From NCBI GenBank assembly GCA_050249295.1, contig JBFWQT010000001.1, forward strand, positions 623 through 64,622: a DNA stretch of 64,000 nt. The letters run 5' to 3'. Position 1 is the first letter of the stretch. The number at the start of each line of letters is the position of its first letter. A program made the position numbers and the translations under genes. The stretch comes from Planctomycetota bacterium (GTDB taxonomy: Bacteria > Planctomycetota > UBA8742 > SKZP01). Positions 1 through 9,793 of the stretch are shown in pieces. The notes under the pieces were generated by a model. It saw only the letters and a program-made list of their open reading frames with translations, searched no databases and had not been told where the DNA came from.

Positions 1-666
1 AATGAACGTCTCGCGCAGCTCGGTCGGGTCGAAGCGACTCACGCCGCGGAACAGCACGTCGGCGAGCCGCACGCGGGGCCCTTCGTCGACGACAAACGTG
101 CAGCGCTTGCGGCGCGTGTCGTCCAGCTCGGTGCGGATCTCGAAGGTCACGTCGGCGAAGGGGAAGCCGCGGCGGTGGCATTCGGCAGTCATCGCCCACG
201 CCGCGTCGTCCGCCACGGTGCGATCGCCGCCGCTCTCCTCGAGCTGTCGCAACTGCGCCGACGCGGCGACAGTGAGCACGCCGACGGTGACCTGGCGGTT
301 GCCGGTGAACTCGACGCGCACGACCGATTCGCGTTCGCGCGGCGCGGTCACCACAGGGCGCATCCACCAGTCGGGCTGGCCGGACCACTCCGGGTCGGTG
401 CCGGGGTCGTCCTCCCTGCCAGGTCGCGTCTCGCCGCCGGCCTGCCACCAGTCGTCGCGGCCGGACCACTCGCCTTCGGTGGCCCGCGGGTTGGCCGGCC
501 GCCGGGTTGCAGTGCTGGTCGCCGGCTGCGCCGCGGCCGGAGGATTGTTGAAGCCCTCCCACTCGGAGTGCGAGTCGGGCGGCACCGTCACGGCGTGGCA
601 TCCCGTGCCTGCCGCCATGAGCAGCAGCAGCAGTGCGACGACGTTGACTGGCACGTGAGATTGCAT
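1..666 (-). CDS. Outer-membrane protein with POTRA domain (BamA/TamA/TpsB-like), N-terminal part; gene continues beyond window start
   Basis: Reverse-strand translation is continuous from ATG (complement 664-666) to position 1: MQSHVPVNVVALLLLLMAAGTGCHA... (signal peptide), two Trp-rich EWSG..DWW repeats, then POTRA-like block VTFEIRTELDD..CTFVVDEGPRVRLADVLFRGVSRFDPTELRETF. Not in ORF track because stop lies outside window. Confidence 0.7.
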   Translation of the reverse strand, partial: MQSHVPVNVVALLLLLMAAGTGCHAVTVPPDSHSEWEGFNNPPAAAQPATSTATRRPANPRATEGEWSGRDDWWQAGGETRPGREDDPGTDPEWSGQPDWWMRPVVTAPRERESVVRVEFTGNRQVTVGVLTVAASAQLRQLEESGGDRTVADDAAWAMTAECHRRGFPFADVTFEIRTELDDTRRKRCTFVVDEGPRVRLADVLFRGVSRFDPTELRETFI

Positions 667-750
667 GAAGTGGTGGTCGACGACGCCCGGTTTGTTCGCA
701 TCGTTCGCTTCGCGCCCGCCAGTCTAGTGCGCAGTTCGCGTGTTGTGTTG

Positions 751-783
751 GAACAAGAGCCGCGACCGTCAGGAGCGGATGTG
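751..783 (+). repeat. REP-like palindromic unit, family A copy (GAACAAGAGCCGCGACCGTCAGGAGCGGATGTG)
   Basis: Near-identical to copies at 19095, 19168, 19223(-), 44239(-), 51601, 61161, 61415, 61518(-); lies in divergent intergenic region 667-1016. Confidence 0.75.
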
Positions 784-1016
784 CGGCGGGTAGCTCTCGC
801 CGGATCGTCTCCGCGCAGCCCACCTCACTCCGGTGTCCTCCGGGCCCGTCCGCTGGTCAGACCCGCGGCCCCGCGATTGCAGCACACACCGGCAGCACCC
901 GTGGGCTGTCGGGTGCCTCCGGCGCTGTGCCGTCAGCGGGCGACGCGACGCGTGCCCGGGCGAGGGCCGGGACTCGCGCTATAATCCGACCACTGACCCA
1001 TTGCCCGGAGTGCCCC

Positions 1017-2810
1017 ATGTCGCAGTTGCGCGCCATAGCTGTCCGTTTGTTCGTCGTGATGATCCTGGTTGCGCCCGCCGCCGCCGACGATGGCGTCGCC
1101 GGTCGCTGGATCGGCACGACCACGTTTGCGCCGAACGCGGCGTTGCCCACCGAATTCCGCTTCGCGCCGAGCAAGGAGGATAGCTCGACGTGGACTGGCA
1201 TCATCTGCCAGCCCACCGGCGGCATTCCGCACATGCCGTTCACGTCCGTCACGGTCACCGACAAGAAGGTCGTGGGCGAGCTCGACCTCAACGGCGGCGC
1301 CTTCCATCTGACCTGCACCGCCGAGCTCTCGGCCGACGACAGCAACACGCTGACCGGCAACATGGTGGTGCGCGGCCGCAATGCGACCTACCCGTTCAGC
1401 CTGGTGCGCACGCCGATGCCGGAGGAGCTGCCGGACCACCGTCGCTTCGCCGGCAACCTGATCGTGCCCGGCCAGAAGGTGCCGTGGTCGGTGGTGCTCG
1501 CCCGGCGCGACCGCGCCAGCTGGCTCGGCACCCTCAGCGTGCCGCTGCAGCAGATGATCGACGTGACGATCACCACGATCACGGTGGATGGCCGCAAGGT
1601 GAAGTTCGAGGTGGTCTTCAACGCGCGCGCCGTGCAGGTGTTCGAGGGCGAGTTCGTCGACGCCAGCGAAATGCAGCTCAAGGGCACGATGACGCTCAAC
1701 GGGCAGCCAACCGGCACGTGGGAACTCGAGGCCGGCGGGAAGGCCATGGCGCGGCCCCAGGAGCCGAAGGGCCCGTTCCCGTATCGCATCGAGCAGGTGG
1801 AATACAAGGCGCTGGAGAACCAGGGCGGCTTCAAGCTGGCCGGCACGCTGACGATCCCGGAGGGCGAGGGCCGGTTCCCGTGCGTCGTACTCATCAACGG
1901 CAGCGGACTGCACGACCGCAACAGCGAGATGCTCGGCCACAAGCCGTTCTGGGTGATCGCCGACTATCTTGCGCGGCACGGCATCGCCGCGTTGCGCTAC
2001 GACGAGCGGAGCGTGGGCCAGTCGGGCGGCGACGCGACCAACGCAACCAGCGATGACCTGGCCGACGACGTGGCTGCCGGCATCGACTTCCTCAAGTCGC
2101 ACGAACTGATCGACGGGGAGCACATCGGCGTGGCTGGCCACAGCGAAGGTTCGACGATCGCGGCGATCACGGCCTCGACCAAACGACCCGACGACGTGTC
2201 GTTCGTCGTGCTGCTGGCAGGCCCCGGGCAGGCCGGCCGCGTGCTGGTACTGGCGCAACTGGAGGCGATCATGAAGGCACAGGGTGCGCCCGCTGGCGTG
2301 ATCGAGAGTTCGGTGCGCTACAAGGCGGAGACGCTGGCGGCGGTGCTCGACGAAGGCCTCGAGGGCCAGGTGCTGCGCCTTCGCGTGATCTCCGCGCTGG
2401 CCGCGCACTACGCGCGCCTGATCGCGATCGATCCGACTACCCAGCAGATCTCGGACGAGGAACTCGGGCAGGCCGCCGATGCCGAGATCGCGGGGCTGGC
2501 CAATCCGTGGGTGCGGTTCTTCTTCAGCTTCGACCCCGCCGACGCACTGGCGAAAGTGACCTGCCCGGTGCTGGCGCTCAACGGCACGAAGGACGTGCAG
2601 GTTCCGTGGGATCTCTGCCTGCCGGCGATCTTCAAGGCGCTGGTGGCGAGCGGCAACACTGACGTGACGATCCGCGCGCTGCCCGGGCTGAACCACCTGT
2701 TCCAGCATTGCGATACCGGGCTGATCAGCGAGTACTCGGAGATCGAGGAGACGTTCGCGCCCGAGGCGTTGCGCGCCATGGGCGACTGGATCGCCGGGCA
2801 GGCACGGTAG
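1017..2810 (+). CDS. Secreted alpha/beta-hydrolase (serine hydrolase; N-terminal beta-rich domain plus C-terminal hydrolase fold)
   Basis: ATG at 1017 begins signal peptide MSQLRAIAVRLFVVMILVAPAAA; GHSEG nucleophile elbow (GxSxG), CVVLINGSGLHDRN, typical alpha/beta hydrolase layout; longer ORF start at 927 is upstream of signal peptide. Confidence 0.8.
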   Translation: MSQLRAIAVRLFVVMILVAPAAADDGVAGRWIGTTTFAPNAALPTEFRFAPSKEDSSTWTGIICQPTGGIPHMPFTSVTVTDKKVVGELDLNGGAFHLTCTAELSADDSNTLTGNMVVRGRNATYPFSLVRTPMPEELPDHRRFAGNLIVPGQKVPWSVVLARRDRASWLGTLSVPLQQMIDVTITTITVDGRKVKFEVVFNARAVQVFEGEFVDASEMQLKGTMTLNGQPTGTWELEAGGKAMARPQEPKGPFPYRIEQVEYKALENQGGFKLAGTLTIPEGEGRFPCVVLINGSGLHDRNSEMLGHKPFWVIADYLARHGIAALRYDERSVGQSGGDATNATSDDLADDVAAGIDFLKSHELIDGEHIGVAGHSEGSTIAAITASTKRPDDVSFVVLLAGPGQAGRVLVLAQLEAIMKAQGAPAGVIESSVRYKAETLAAVLDEGLEGQVLRLRVISALAAHYARLIAIDPTTQQISDEELGQAADAEIAGLANPWVRFFFSFDPADALAKVTCPVLALNGTKDVQVPWDLCLPAIFKALVASGNTDVTIRALPGLNHLFQHCDTGLISEYSEIEETFAPEALRAMGDWIAGQAR

Positions 2811-2865
2811 CGAACCAATGTGGTAGGCTGCGGCGGACGCCCGCACGCCCCGCCGGCAGACCACG

Positions 2866-4932
2866 ATGCGCATGCGACCGATTGCTGCAGCGACCGCGCT
2901 GATCCTGACGGCGTCGTTGGCCGCGGGCTGCGGAACGCCCGAGCCCACGCTCGGCCATAACGAGCTGTCGATGATGCTGACGGCCGACGCCCCTCGCAGC
3001 GGCGGCCGCGGCACGTCCAGTGTGGCGGCGCCGTCGCTGGCCGACAACGCGCGCAGCACCGTGAGCGCGGCCGACTCGGCCGAGGCCGGCCTGCAGAGCA
3101 CGCATGCCGTGCCGCCTGCCGATCCGCCCGACGGGCCGCGCGAGCTGTTGCTCGAGTTCCATCCGCAGCACGCGACCGGCCTGCTCGACTTCCGTCCCGA
3201 AGAGGCCACGCCGATCGCCGCGCCGCAGCCCGGCGATCCCGCCCCTCCCGCGCAGCCGCTGGCCACCGATGCCAACCCGCCGCTGGTCACCATCGACGGC
3301 GACGTGGTCTACGCCGACGCATTCGTGGACCGCTGCTTCCGAATGCACCACGAGTGGTACCTGATGTTCCTCCGCGAGATGATGGTCGAGCGCATGGCCG
3401 CGCTCGAGTCGGCGCGCGAGGGCATCGAGTTCAGCGATGCCGAACTCGACGCCGTGCATGCCAACGTCGTGGCCTTCCTGCAGCAACGCGCACGCCGGCT
3501 GCAGATGTCGTGGCGACAGCACTGGGAGACACTCGGCTACGAGACCGAGGCCGCCTACATCGCCGCGCTGCGCACGCAGACCGCCCGCATCGTGAGGCTC
3601 GAGCGGCTCGTGATGCTGATGGACCTGCGCCTCTCGAAGGTCGACTTCTCGTGGATCATGATCCGCGACAAGCCCGACCGCATGAACCCCGACCCCGAGG
3701 CCCGCGCGCGCCACATCGTCAGCGAGTTGCGCGCCGGCACGCTTGCCTGGGACGCCGCGGTCAGGCGCCACACCACCGACGCACGCAGCCGCGATACGAA
3801 AGGCAAGTTCGGCACCATCGTACGCGGTTCGCTCGGCGTAGAAGACCTGGAGAACTGGCTGTTCTCGCACTCGCCCGGCGAGATCTCCGACCCGCTGCTG
3901 CACCCCGTCTACGGCTGGATCATCGCGCGCGTTGACGACGCCACCACCGGCCAGCCCGACATCACGTGGGAACAGGCGAAGGAGACCGTCCAGCAGCGGC
4001 TCGACCAGCAGGAGGGCGTGCCCGGCACCCGCGTCACCGGCCGCGACACCTTCATCTGGCTCGAGCGCATCATCGCCAGCAAGCGCTACCCGGTGCGCAG
4101 CTACGCGCCGCGCCCCGCGTCCGGCGAGCCGCGCGTGGCCGAGGTCAACAACGTGCCGCTCACGCTCGGCCAGTTCGTCGACCATGCCTTTGCCAACAAC
4201 CCCGACTGGGCGCGGCAGATTCTCTCCGAGGTGATTGTCTTCCGGGTGGCCACCACCGAGGCCGCGCGCGAGGGCATTGATGTGAACAGCATGGTGAGCA
4301 CCGGCACCGACCGGATGCTGCTCTGGCTGCGCAACTCGGCCCGCAGCCGCCAGCAGAACTTCGACGAGATCTGGCAGAACCAGGGTTACGCGTCGATCGA
4401 CGAGTTCCGCGAGAAGGTCATCTCGCCGCTGGTCGCCGAGTCGCTGCGCATCGAGCGGCTCGTGTTCCTGCACGACCGGCGAGTGGAGCGCCGCGAGCTG
4501 TGGCACATCCTGCTGCAGAGCGAGGAACTGGCGAAGAAGGCGAAGCAGGCGCTGGCCGAGGGCCACAAGTTCGAGGACGTCGCGAAGTACTACTCGCAGC
4601 ACAAGGCGTCGGCGCAGCGCGGCGGCCTGCTCGGCATCATCCCGATCGACTCCTACGACGAAGCGTTCTCGAAGGTGGCGTTCTCGCTGCCACTCAACGG
4701 CGTGTCGGAACCCTTGCAGACGGCGCAGGGCTGGCATGTCATCCGCGTGACGAAGATCATCCCGGCGAATCCCGGCCTGACATGGGGTGCCGCGCAGGAC
4801 GAGATCGAGAAGGCGCTCGAAGGCATCAGCCCGATCCCCGGCCAGCGCATTGTCACAGCTGACACCTACCGCTGGATCGCGGCGATCCGCAAGACCGACC
4901 GCCACAAGATCGAGCCGCACTTCCCGCGCTGA
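2866..4932 (+). CDS. Peptidyl-prolyl cis-trans isomerase, PpiC/parvulin type, lipoprotein (SurA/PrsA-like chaperone)
   Basis: Lipobox LTASLAAGC; two parvulin-like blocks (TKGKFGTIVRGSLGVEDLENWLFSH...; QRGGLLGIIPIDSYDEAFSKVAFSLPLNGVSEPLQTAQGWHVIRV). Confidence 0.8.
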   Translation: MRMRPIAAATALILTASLAAGCGTPEPTLGHNELSMMLTADAPRSGGRGTSSVAAPSLADNARSTVSAADSAEAGLQSTHAVPPADPPDGPRELLLEFHPQHATGLLDFRPEEATPIAAPQPGDPAPPAQPLATDANPPLVTIDGDVVYADAFVDRCFRMHHEWYLMFLREMMVERMAALESAREGIEFSDAELDAVHANVVAFLQQRARRLQMSWRQHWETLGYETEAAYIAALRTQTARIVRLERLVMLMDLRLSKVDFSWIMIRDKPDRMNPDPEARARHIVSELRAGTLAWDAAVRRHTTDARSRDTKGKFGTIVRGSLGVEDLENWLFSHSPGEISDPLLHPVYGWIIARVDDATTGQPDITWEQAKETVQQRLDQQEGVPGTRVTGRDTFIWLERIIASKRYPVRSYAPRPASGEPRVAEVNNVPLTLGQFVDHAFANNPDWARQILSEVIVFRVATTEAAREGIDVNSMVSTGTDRMLLWLRNSARSRQQNFDEIWQNQGYASIDEFREKVISPLVAESLRIERLVFLHDRRVERRELWHILLQSEELAKKAKQALAEGHKFEDVAKYYSQHKASAQRGGLLGIIPIDSYDEAFSKVAFSLPLNGVSEPLQTAQGWHVIRVTKIIPANPGLTWGAAQDEIEKALEGISPIPGQRIVTADTYRWIAAIRKTDRHKIEPHFPR

Positions 4933-4947
4933 GCGCGCCCACCCACC

Positions 4948-5484
4948 ATGCCCGCCAGCTACCACTTCATCACCAACTGGGTGCTGGAAGGCACCACCTG
5001 CGACGACGTCTACGCGATCCTGCATGACGCCGATTCGCTGCCGCAGTGGTGGCCGAGCGTCTACCTGTCGGTGCGGCGCGACGACGACGGCAACATCCTG
5101 CTCTGGACCAAGGGCTGGCTGCCGTACACGCTGCAGTGGGCCTTCCGCGTCACCGTCGAGGACCCGCCACATCGGCTCGGCCTGTCGGCCAACGGCGACT
5201 TTGTCGGCGAGGGCATGTGGACGATCGCGGCCGACGAGGCGCACCCGGCAAACGTGAAGGTCACCTACGACTGGCGCATCGAGGCGGCCAAGCCGTTGCT
5301 GCGCCGCCTCAGCTGGCTGCTGCGCCCGGTGTTTTCGGCCAACCACCACTGGGCCATGCGCGTCGGCCTGACCAGCCTGAAGCTGGAACTGGCCCGCCGG
5401 CGCGCCACCACCGACGCGGAGCGTGCCGCGATCGCGGCCCCGCCGCCTCCGACCTTCAGGTGGCTGCTGCCGCGGCGTGGATGA
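4948..5484 (+). CDS. SRPBCC-family protein (polyketide cyclase/dehydrase, START-like)
   Basis: 178 aa; typical SRPBCC size and W-rich pattern (YHFITNWVLEG...LPQWWPSVY...TLQWAFRVTVEDPP); high GC3. Confidence 0.7.
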   Translation: MPASYHFITNWVLEGTTCDDVYAILHDADSLPQWWPSVYLSVRRDDDGNILLWTKGWLPYTLQWAFRVTVEDPPHRLGLSANGDFVGEGMWTIAADEAHPANVKVTYDWRIEAAKPLLRRLSWLLRPVFSANHHWAMRVGLTSLKLELARRRATTDAERAAIAAPPPPTFRWLLPRRG

Positions 5485-5507
5485 GTACTGAGCGGGTGGC
5501 TGCCAGG

Positions 5508-6209
5508 TCAGGAAGCATGGCCCTCATCGGCAAGCTGCGGCCCGAGATCCTCGACGTAGAGCGACCAGAGTTCTTCCACCGGCACCGCACGCCGACTTCG
5601 CTCCCCCACAGGCGGGCCTTTGGCAAACGGTGGTGGCGCGATGGAGAACGCCCGATCGCCGGCCACGCCAGCGCTATCGCGCTCGTGGCCCGGCCAGCGG
5701 TCGTCACCGTAGAAGCCAGCCATCGCGCCGCTGCAGACGTGCGCCACAAAAGCGCTGAAGCCGAAGCCGAGGTCCTGCCACCGCAGCGTGTCCGGCGCGA
5801 AGTAGCAAACGCTCGCCGGCTGCATGCCATCCGGCGCTTTCAGTGCAAAGAACCCGCCGAGCAGATCCCAGCCGAACACGACGTGCCCGGGCAGCCGGTG
5901 CCGCCCGTTGCCGTAGAAGTCGTCTCCGAAGTTGAACGTCGCGATGTCGTGCGGCATCCGCTCGCACCCGCCGCCCAACAGGCGGATCCAGCCGTGATCG
6001 AACCACACGCCGCCGGTCTCCAGGGCGATCGCTCCCATCGGCGACCGACTGGTGATCTGCAATCGTTCCAGTGCCCGTTCACCGGCCGCGCGCTCGACCG
6101 GCAGTAGTTCCACTGGTGTCGCCGCGCCGGCCGCCCACTCACGCACCAGGTCGATGCCCGGCTCGTCGGTGTTGATCAGTTCGGCGAGAGAGCGGCGAGG
6201 AGGTTTCAC
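5508..6209 (-). CDS. Hypothetical protein (DUF2625-like)
   Basis: GTG start overlapping stop of upstream gene (GTGA); good coding GC3; resembles DUF2625 family but cannot be verified without search. Confidence 0.6.
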   Translation of the reverse strand: MKPPRRSLAELINTDEPGIDLVREWAAGAATPVELLPVERAAGERALERLQITSRSPMGAIALETGGVWFDHGWIRLLGGGCERMPHDIATFNFGDDFYGNGRHRLPGHVVFGWDLLGGFFALKAPDGMQPASVCYFAPDTLRWQDLGFGFSAFVAHVCSGAMAGFYGDDRWPGHERDSAGVAGDRAFSIAPPPFAKGPPVGERSRRAVPVEELWSLYVEDLGPQLADEGHAS

Positions 6210-8041
6210 CTGTGCTGGTCCATGTCCGCCGCTCGCAGGCGCGCGCGACCAATCGTTCGGCCGCTACGCAGCGCAATCGGTGGTTCATCGGCGGGGGAAG
6301 CTCCAGCGGAATGCGCCCCCGACTCGGCACCGCCCACGATCAACGGCTCGCGCGGCCCCAACTGCCAATGGCCTGCGCGCATGGCATCCGCCAACGCGAG
6401 CCGTCCGCGCACAGCCGCCCACCACGACTCAAGGAACGCGTTAAAGCTCTGCTCATTCTGGACGCGATCTGCGCGGGCGTCAGCAGCGAAGCCGATGCAG
6501 GAGTACATCGAGTTCGTGCAGGCGTACCGGTCAGTCGTGCCGTTGGCCTCGTCGGGCAGGAAGGTGCCGAGAAGGGATAACACGGCCGATGACAACCTCG
6601 GAAGACCCACGAGTGGCGCGTTGTGCCCGATGTCCAAGGCGATCGCCGATACCAGGTCCGCACAATCGTCCGGGATTGTGCGGTCGGCCAGCCAGCCCCA
6701 CACCATGTCCAGGCCCCGTCGCTGGCGTTCCACCATGGCCGCCTCGCTGGATCCTTGAGGTGACCATCGGATTGCTCGCGACGCAACCTCGACACCGACG
6801 GCGACGGCGAACAGTGCAGCGTCAGCGGACATTTGCGCCATGAAGTCGTCGAGCTCGTATACCCGAGGCGCGTGCCATCGCAGATCGCCCAGCGCAGCAC
6901 CCGGTGTGATCAGAGCAATCGGTTCCACGCCTGTGGTGTGGCGAACCTCGACTGCCGCGTTGCACGCGCTCAGATAGGTGCGCATGCCTTCGACCGTGGT
7001 CGGCAACCCGCGCCGTGCCAGGTCGGCAGCCTGATGATCCACCAGCAACGTCGCAGGCCTGTCCAGCATCGCTTCCAGTACCTCACGCTGTGCCTGCGTA
7101 AGTACACTCGGTCGCCGTGGCGCAACCACCTCATGCGGATCGCGTCCATGAAAGTTCGCGCCGAAGGCTGCTGCCAGCGCCTGGCCCCAGTTGTGATGCC
7201 GCATGTGGATCCGGGCACGCTTCAGCGGACGGAGCCATCGGTGGCGCACGCATTCCAGGTGTGACACGCGCCACCCCGATCCCTCCAACAAGGGCGGCTC
7301 GTCCAGTTCGATGATCATCTCCAACGCCTCGTCGTCCACCGCGCGCGCAAAAGCAAGCACTTCGCCGAGAGCGCCCGTGTAGCGGTAGCCCGGCGGTTGA
7401 TGATCTGCCATCCATCCGCGCCGCCATGTCCGATCCTCATCCGGGCGAATCCACGTCCGCGCCAGCATTGATGTGAACCGGACGCGGTCGTGCGGGTCGT
7501 TCCGCATGAGCTCACCAAGCAACTCGAAAGGCGGCACGTCAGCCGGCTGCGCCCGCCCCACTGCGTACGCCGCTGCCATCCTCACCTCTGGATCGCTGGA
7601 CGACAGCAGCGGAAGGACCACCGGCACTTCTGCACGGAGCGCAATCTGCTGGGGGTCTGGCCCGCGACTGAACTCGATCGCGTGAGCCTCATGTGGATCA
7701 CCAGCGTCGATCAGCGCCATCGAGCCAAGGGCGCGCAGCGTCTGTGCCGCATCCACACCGTGCGCTGCGAGACGCGCCAGAAAGGGGATCGTAATCGGTG
7801 TTGCGCCGTAGAGAGTTCCCTGATGGAACACGTCGTTCACAATGTCACGCATCGTGTGCGGGTACTCGCCGCGGGTGGCCTCGGCAAGGGCCGCGCGGAA
7901 CTTGTCAGGAAGGCGCGTCGCGGTACCGTACGCATGCTGCAGGCGGTGCCACGGTATGGAGTCGATGCCCGCCAGAGGATCGCCGGGCACCCGCGCCGGA
8001 ATGCGAATGCCGTCGTAGGCCAGTTCGCGCTGTATCGCCAT
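6206..8041 (-). CDS. Hypothetical protein with HEAT/armadillo-like repeats
   Basis: ATG at complement 8039-8041, 9 bp after comM stop; HEAT-like segment LLSSSDPEVRMAAAYAVGRA; 611 aa. Confidence 0.6.
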   Translation of the reverse strand: MAIQRELAYDGIRIPARVPGDPLAGIDSIPWHRLQHAYGTATRLPDKFRAALAEATRGEYPHTMRDIVNDVFHQGTLYGATPITIPFLARLAAHGVDAAQTLRALGSMALIDAGDPHEAHAIEFSRGPDPQQIALRAEVPVVLPLLSSSDPEVRMAAAYAVGRAQPADVPPFELLGELMRNDPHDRVRFTSMLARTWIRPDEDRTWRRGWMADHQPPGYRYTGALGEVLAFARAVDDEALEMIIELDEPPLLEGSGWRVSHLECVRHRWLRPLKRARIHMRHHNWGQALAAAFGANFHGRDPHEVVAPRRPSVLTQAQREVLEAMLDRPATLLVDHQAADLARRGLPTTVEGMRTYLSACNAAVEVRHTTGVEPIALITPGAALGDLRWHAPRVYELDDFMAQMSADAALFAVAVGVEVASRAIRWSPQGSSEAAMVERQRRGLDMVWGWLADRTIPDDCADLVSAIALDIGHNAPLVGLPRLSSAVLSLLGTFLPDEANGTTDRYACTNSMYSCIGFAADARADRVQNEQSFNAFLESWWAAVRGRLALADAMRAGHWQLGPREPLIVGGAESGAHSAGASPADEPPIALRSGRTIGRARLRAADMDQHR

Positions 8042-8050
8042 CGCGGCACC

Positions 8051-9619
8051 TCACACGGTCTCGCTGATCGGCCGGTCGAGGTGGCGGTACTGGATCGCCT
8101 CGCTGAGGTGCTGCTCGCCGATGTCGGCGGCCTGGTCGAGGTCGGCGATCGTGCGGGCCAGCTTGAGAATCCGGCTGTAGGCGCGCGCCGAGAGCGTCAT
8201 CGAATCCATCGCGCTGCGCAGCAACGACTCGCTGCTGCGCGAGAGCGCACAGTGCGTGCGCAACTCGGCCTCGGTCATGCGCGCGTTGCAGTACGTCATC
8301 CGGCCGCGCGACTCGTCGCCAGCCTCACGGCGGAAGCGGGTCGCCTGCAGGTCGCGAGCTGCCTGCACACGGGCACGGATGTCCTTGCTCGGCTCGCCGG
8401 GGGCGCGATTGTGCAGGTCATCAAAATCCACCGGCGGCACCTCGAGGTGCATGTCGATGCGGTCAAGCAACGGCCCACTGAGACGGCCGCGGTAGTTCTC
8501 GATCTGCCGTTCGCTGCACACGCACTGCTTCTTCGGATGGCCGCGGAAGCCGCACGGGCAAGGGTTCATCGAGGCCACCAGCATGAACTCGGCCGGGAAC
8601 GTGCTGGTCATGCTCGCGCGGCCGATCGTCACGTAGCCATCCTCCAGCGGCTGGCGCAGCACCTCGAGCGTGCGCCGCGCGAACTCCGGCAACTCGTCGA
8701 GGAACAGCACGCCGTGATGCGCGAGGGACACTTCGCCGGGCTGCGGAATGCTGCCACCGCCGATCAGCCCGGCATCGCTGACGGTGTGGTGCGGCGCGCG
8801 GAACGGCCGCACAGTGATCAACGGCACATCCTTGCTGGTCAGCCCGGCCACGCTGTGCAGGCGCGTCGTCTCCAGCGCCTCGTCGAGCGTCAGCGTCGGC
8901 AAGATCTGCGGCATGCGCTTGGCGATCATCGTCTTGCCGCCGCCCGGTGCACCCAGCAGCAACAGGTTATGCCCGCCGGCCGCGGCGACCTCGGCCGCGC
9001 GTTTGGCGCTCTCCTGGCCGCGCACGTCGGAGAAGTCCACCGGGTCGGTCACGCCGGGCGGCCGCTCGAAGAACGCGTGCACGTCCATGCGGTGCGGCTC
9101 GATGTGGAGCGTGCCGTTGATCACGCCAACCGCGTCGGTCAGGTGCGTGATCGGGATGATGTCGATGCCCTCGACGACGCCGGCTTCCTCGGCGTTCTCG
9201 GCCGGCATCAGCAGTCGCGGATGCCCGCGGCGCCGCAGCTCCAGCGCCATTGGCAGCGCACCACGCACCGGCCGTACACGACCATCGAGCGCGAGTTCGC
9301 CGACGGCGGCGATCTTCGCCAGGCGGTCAAGGTCGAGCTGGCTGTTCACGGCGAGCAGGCCGAGCGCGATCGGCAGATCCCAGGCGGTGCCGTCCTTCTT
9401 GATGTCGGCCGGCGCGAGATTCACCGTCACCTTGCGGTTCGGGTACTGGTAGCCGCTGTTGAGGATCGCCGACTGCACGCGTTCGCGGCTCTCGTTGACC
9501 GCCTTGTCCGGCAGGCCGACGATCAGCATCGACATCAGGCCGTAGGCCGCATCGACTTCGATCTCGAGCCGATACGAATCCACGCCCTTGAGCCCGGCGG
9601 CGAATACCTTGCAGATCAC
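8051..9619 (-). CDS. comM: YifB/ComM family Mg-chelatase-like AAA+ ATPase
   Basis: N-term ...VDAAYGLMSMLIVGLPD, Walker A LLGAPGGGKTM, HHGVLFLDELPEF, zinc-finger-like CPCG..CVC, C-terminal ComM signature; GTG start. Confidence 0.9.
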   Translation of the reverse strand: MICKVFAAGLKGVDSYRLEIEVDAAYGLMSMLIVGLPDKAVNESRERVQSAILNSGYQYPNRKVTVNLAPADIKKDGTAWDLPIALGLLAVNSQLDLDRLAKIAAVGELALDGRVRPVRGALPMALELRRRGHPRLLMPAENAEEAGVVEGIDIIPITHLTDAVGVINGTLHIEPHRMDVHAFFERPPGVTDPVDFSDVRGQESAKRAAEVAAAGGHNLLLLGAPGGGKTMIAKRMPQILPTLTLDEALETTRLHSVAGLTSKDVPLITVRPFRAPHHTVSDAGLIGGGSIPQPGEVSLAHHGVLFLDELPEFARRTLEVLRQPLEDGYVTIGRASMTSTFPAEFMLVASMNPCPCGFRGHPKKQCVCSERQIENYRGRLSGPLLDRIDMHLEVPPVDFDDLHNRAPGEPSKDIRARVQAARDLQATRFRREAGDESRGRMTYCNARMTEAELRTHCALSRSSESLLRSAMDSMTLSARAYSRILKLARTIADLDQAADIGEQHLSEAIQYRHLDRPISETV

Positions 9620-9793
9620 GCGACGAGGTGGGTGATGAGTGCCCGCGGTCAGCCTGACGGTATGGCGCTACGGTACGCGTCGGCCGCTGTGCGCGCCACC
9701 AGTTGGTGAGCGCCGTCGTGCTTGTGCCGGCCGGGCGCAGCGGGCACGATGAGCGAACCACGCCACCACCGGGCCGGCACCGACGGAGACTGC

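Noticed and set aside
2-658. 218-aa plus-strand ORF at window start
   Set aside because: Ser/Arg/Thr-rich nonsense; the opposite strand encodes a clean signal-peptide/POTRA protein
933-3293. 786-aa minus-strand ORF (and 857..1381-, 1190..2056+)
   Set aside because: Arg/Ala/Gly-dominated, opposite to motif-bearing hydrolase gene; typical high-GC antisense artefact
2725-5349. 874-aa minus-strand ORF
   Set aside because: Antisense to PPIase and SRPBCC genes; low-complexity Arg/Ala-rich translation, no motifs
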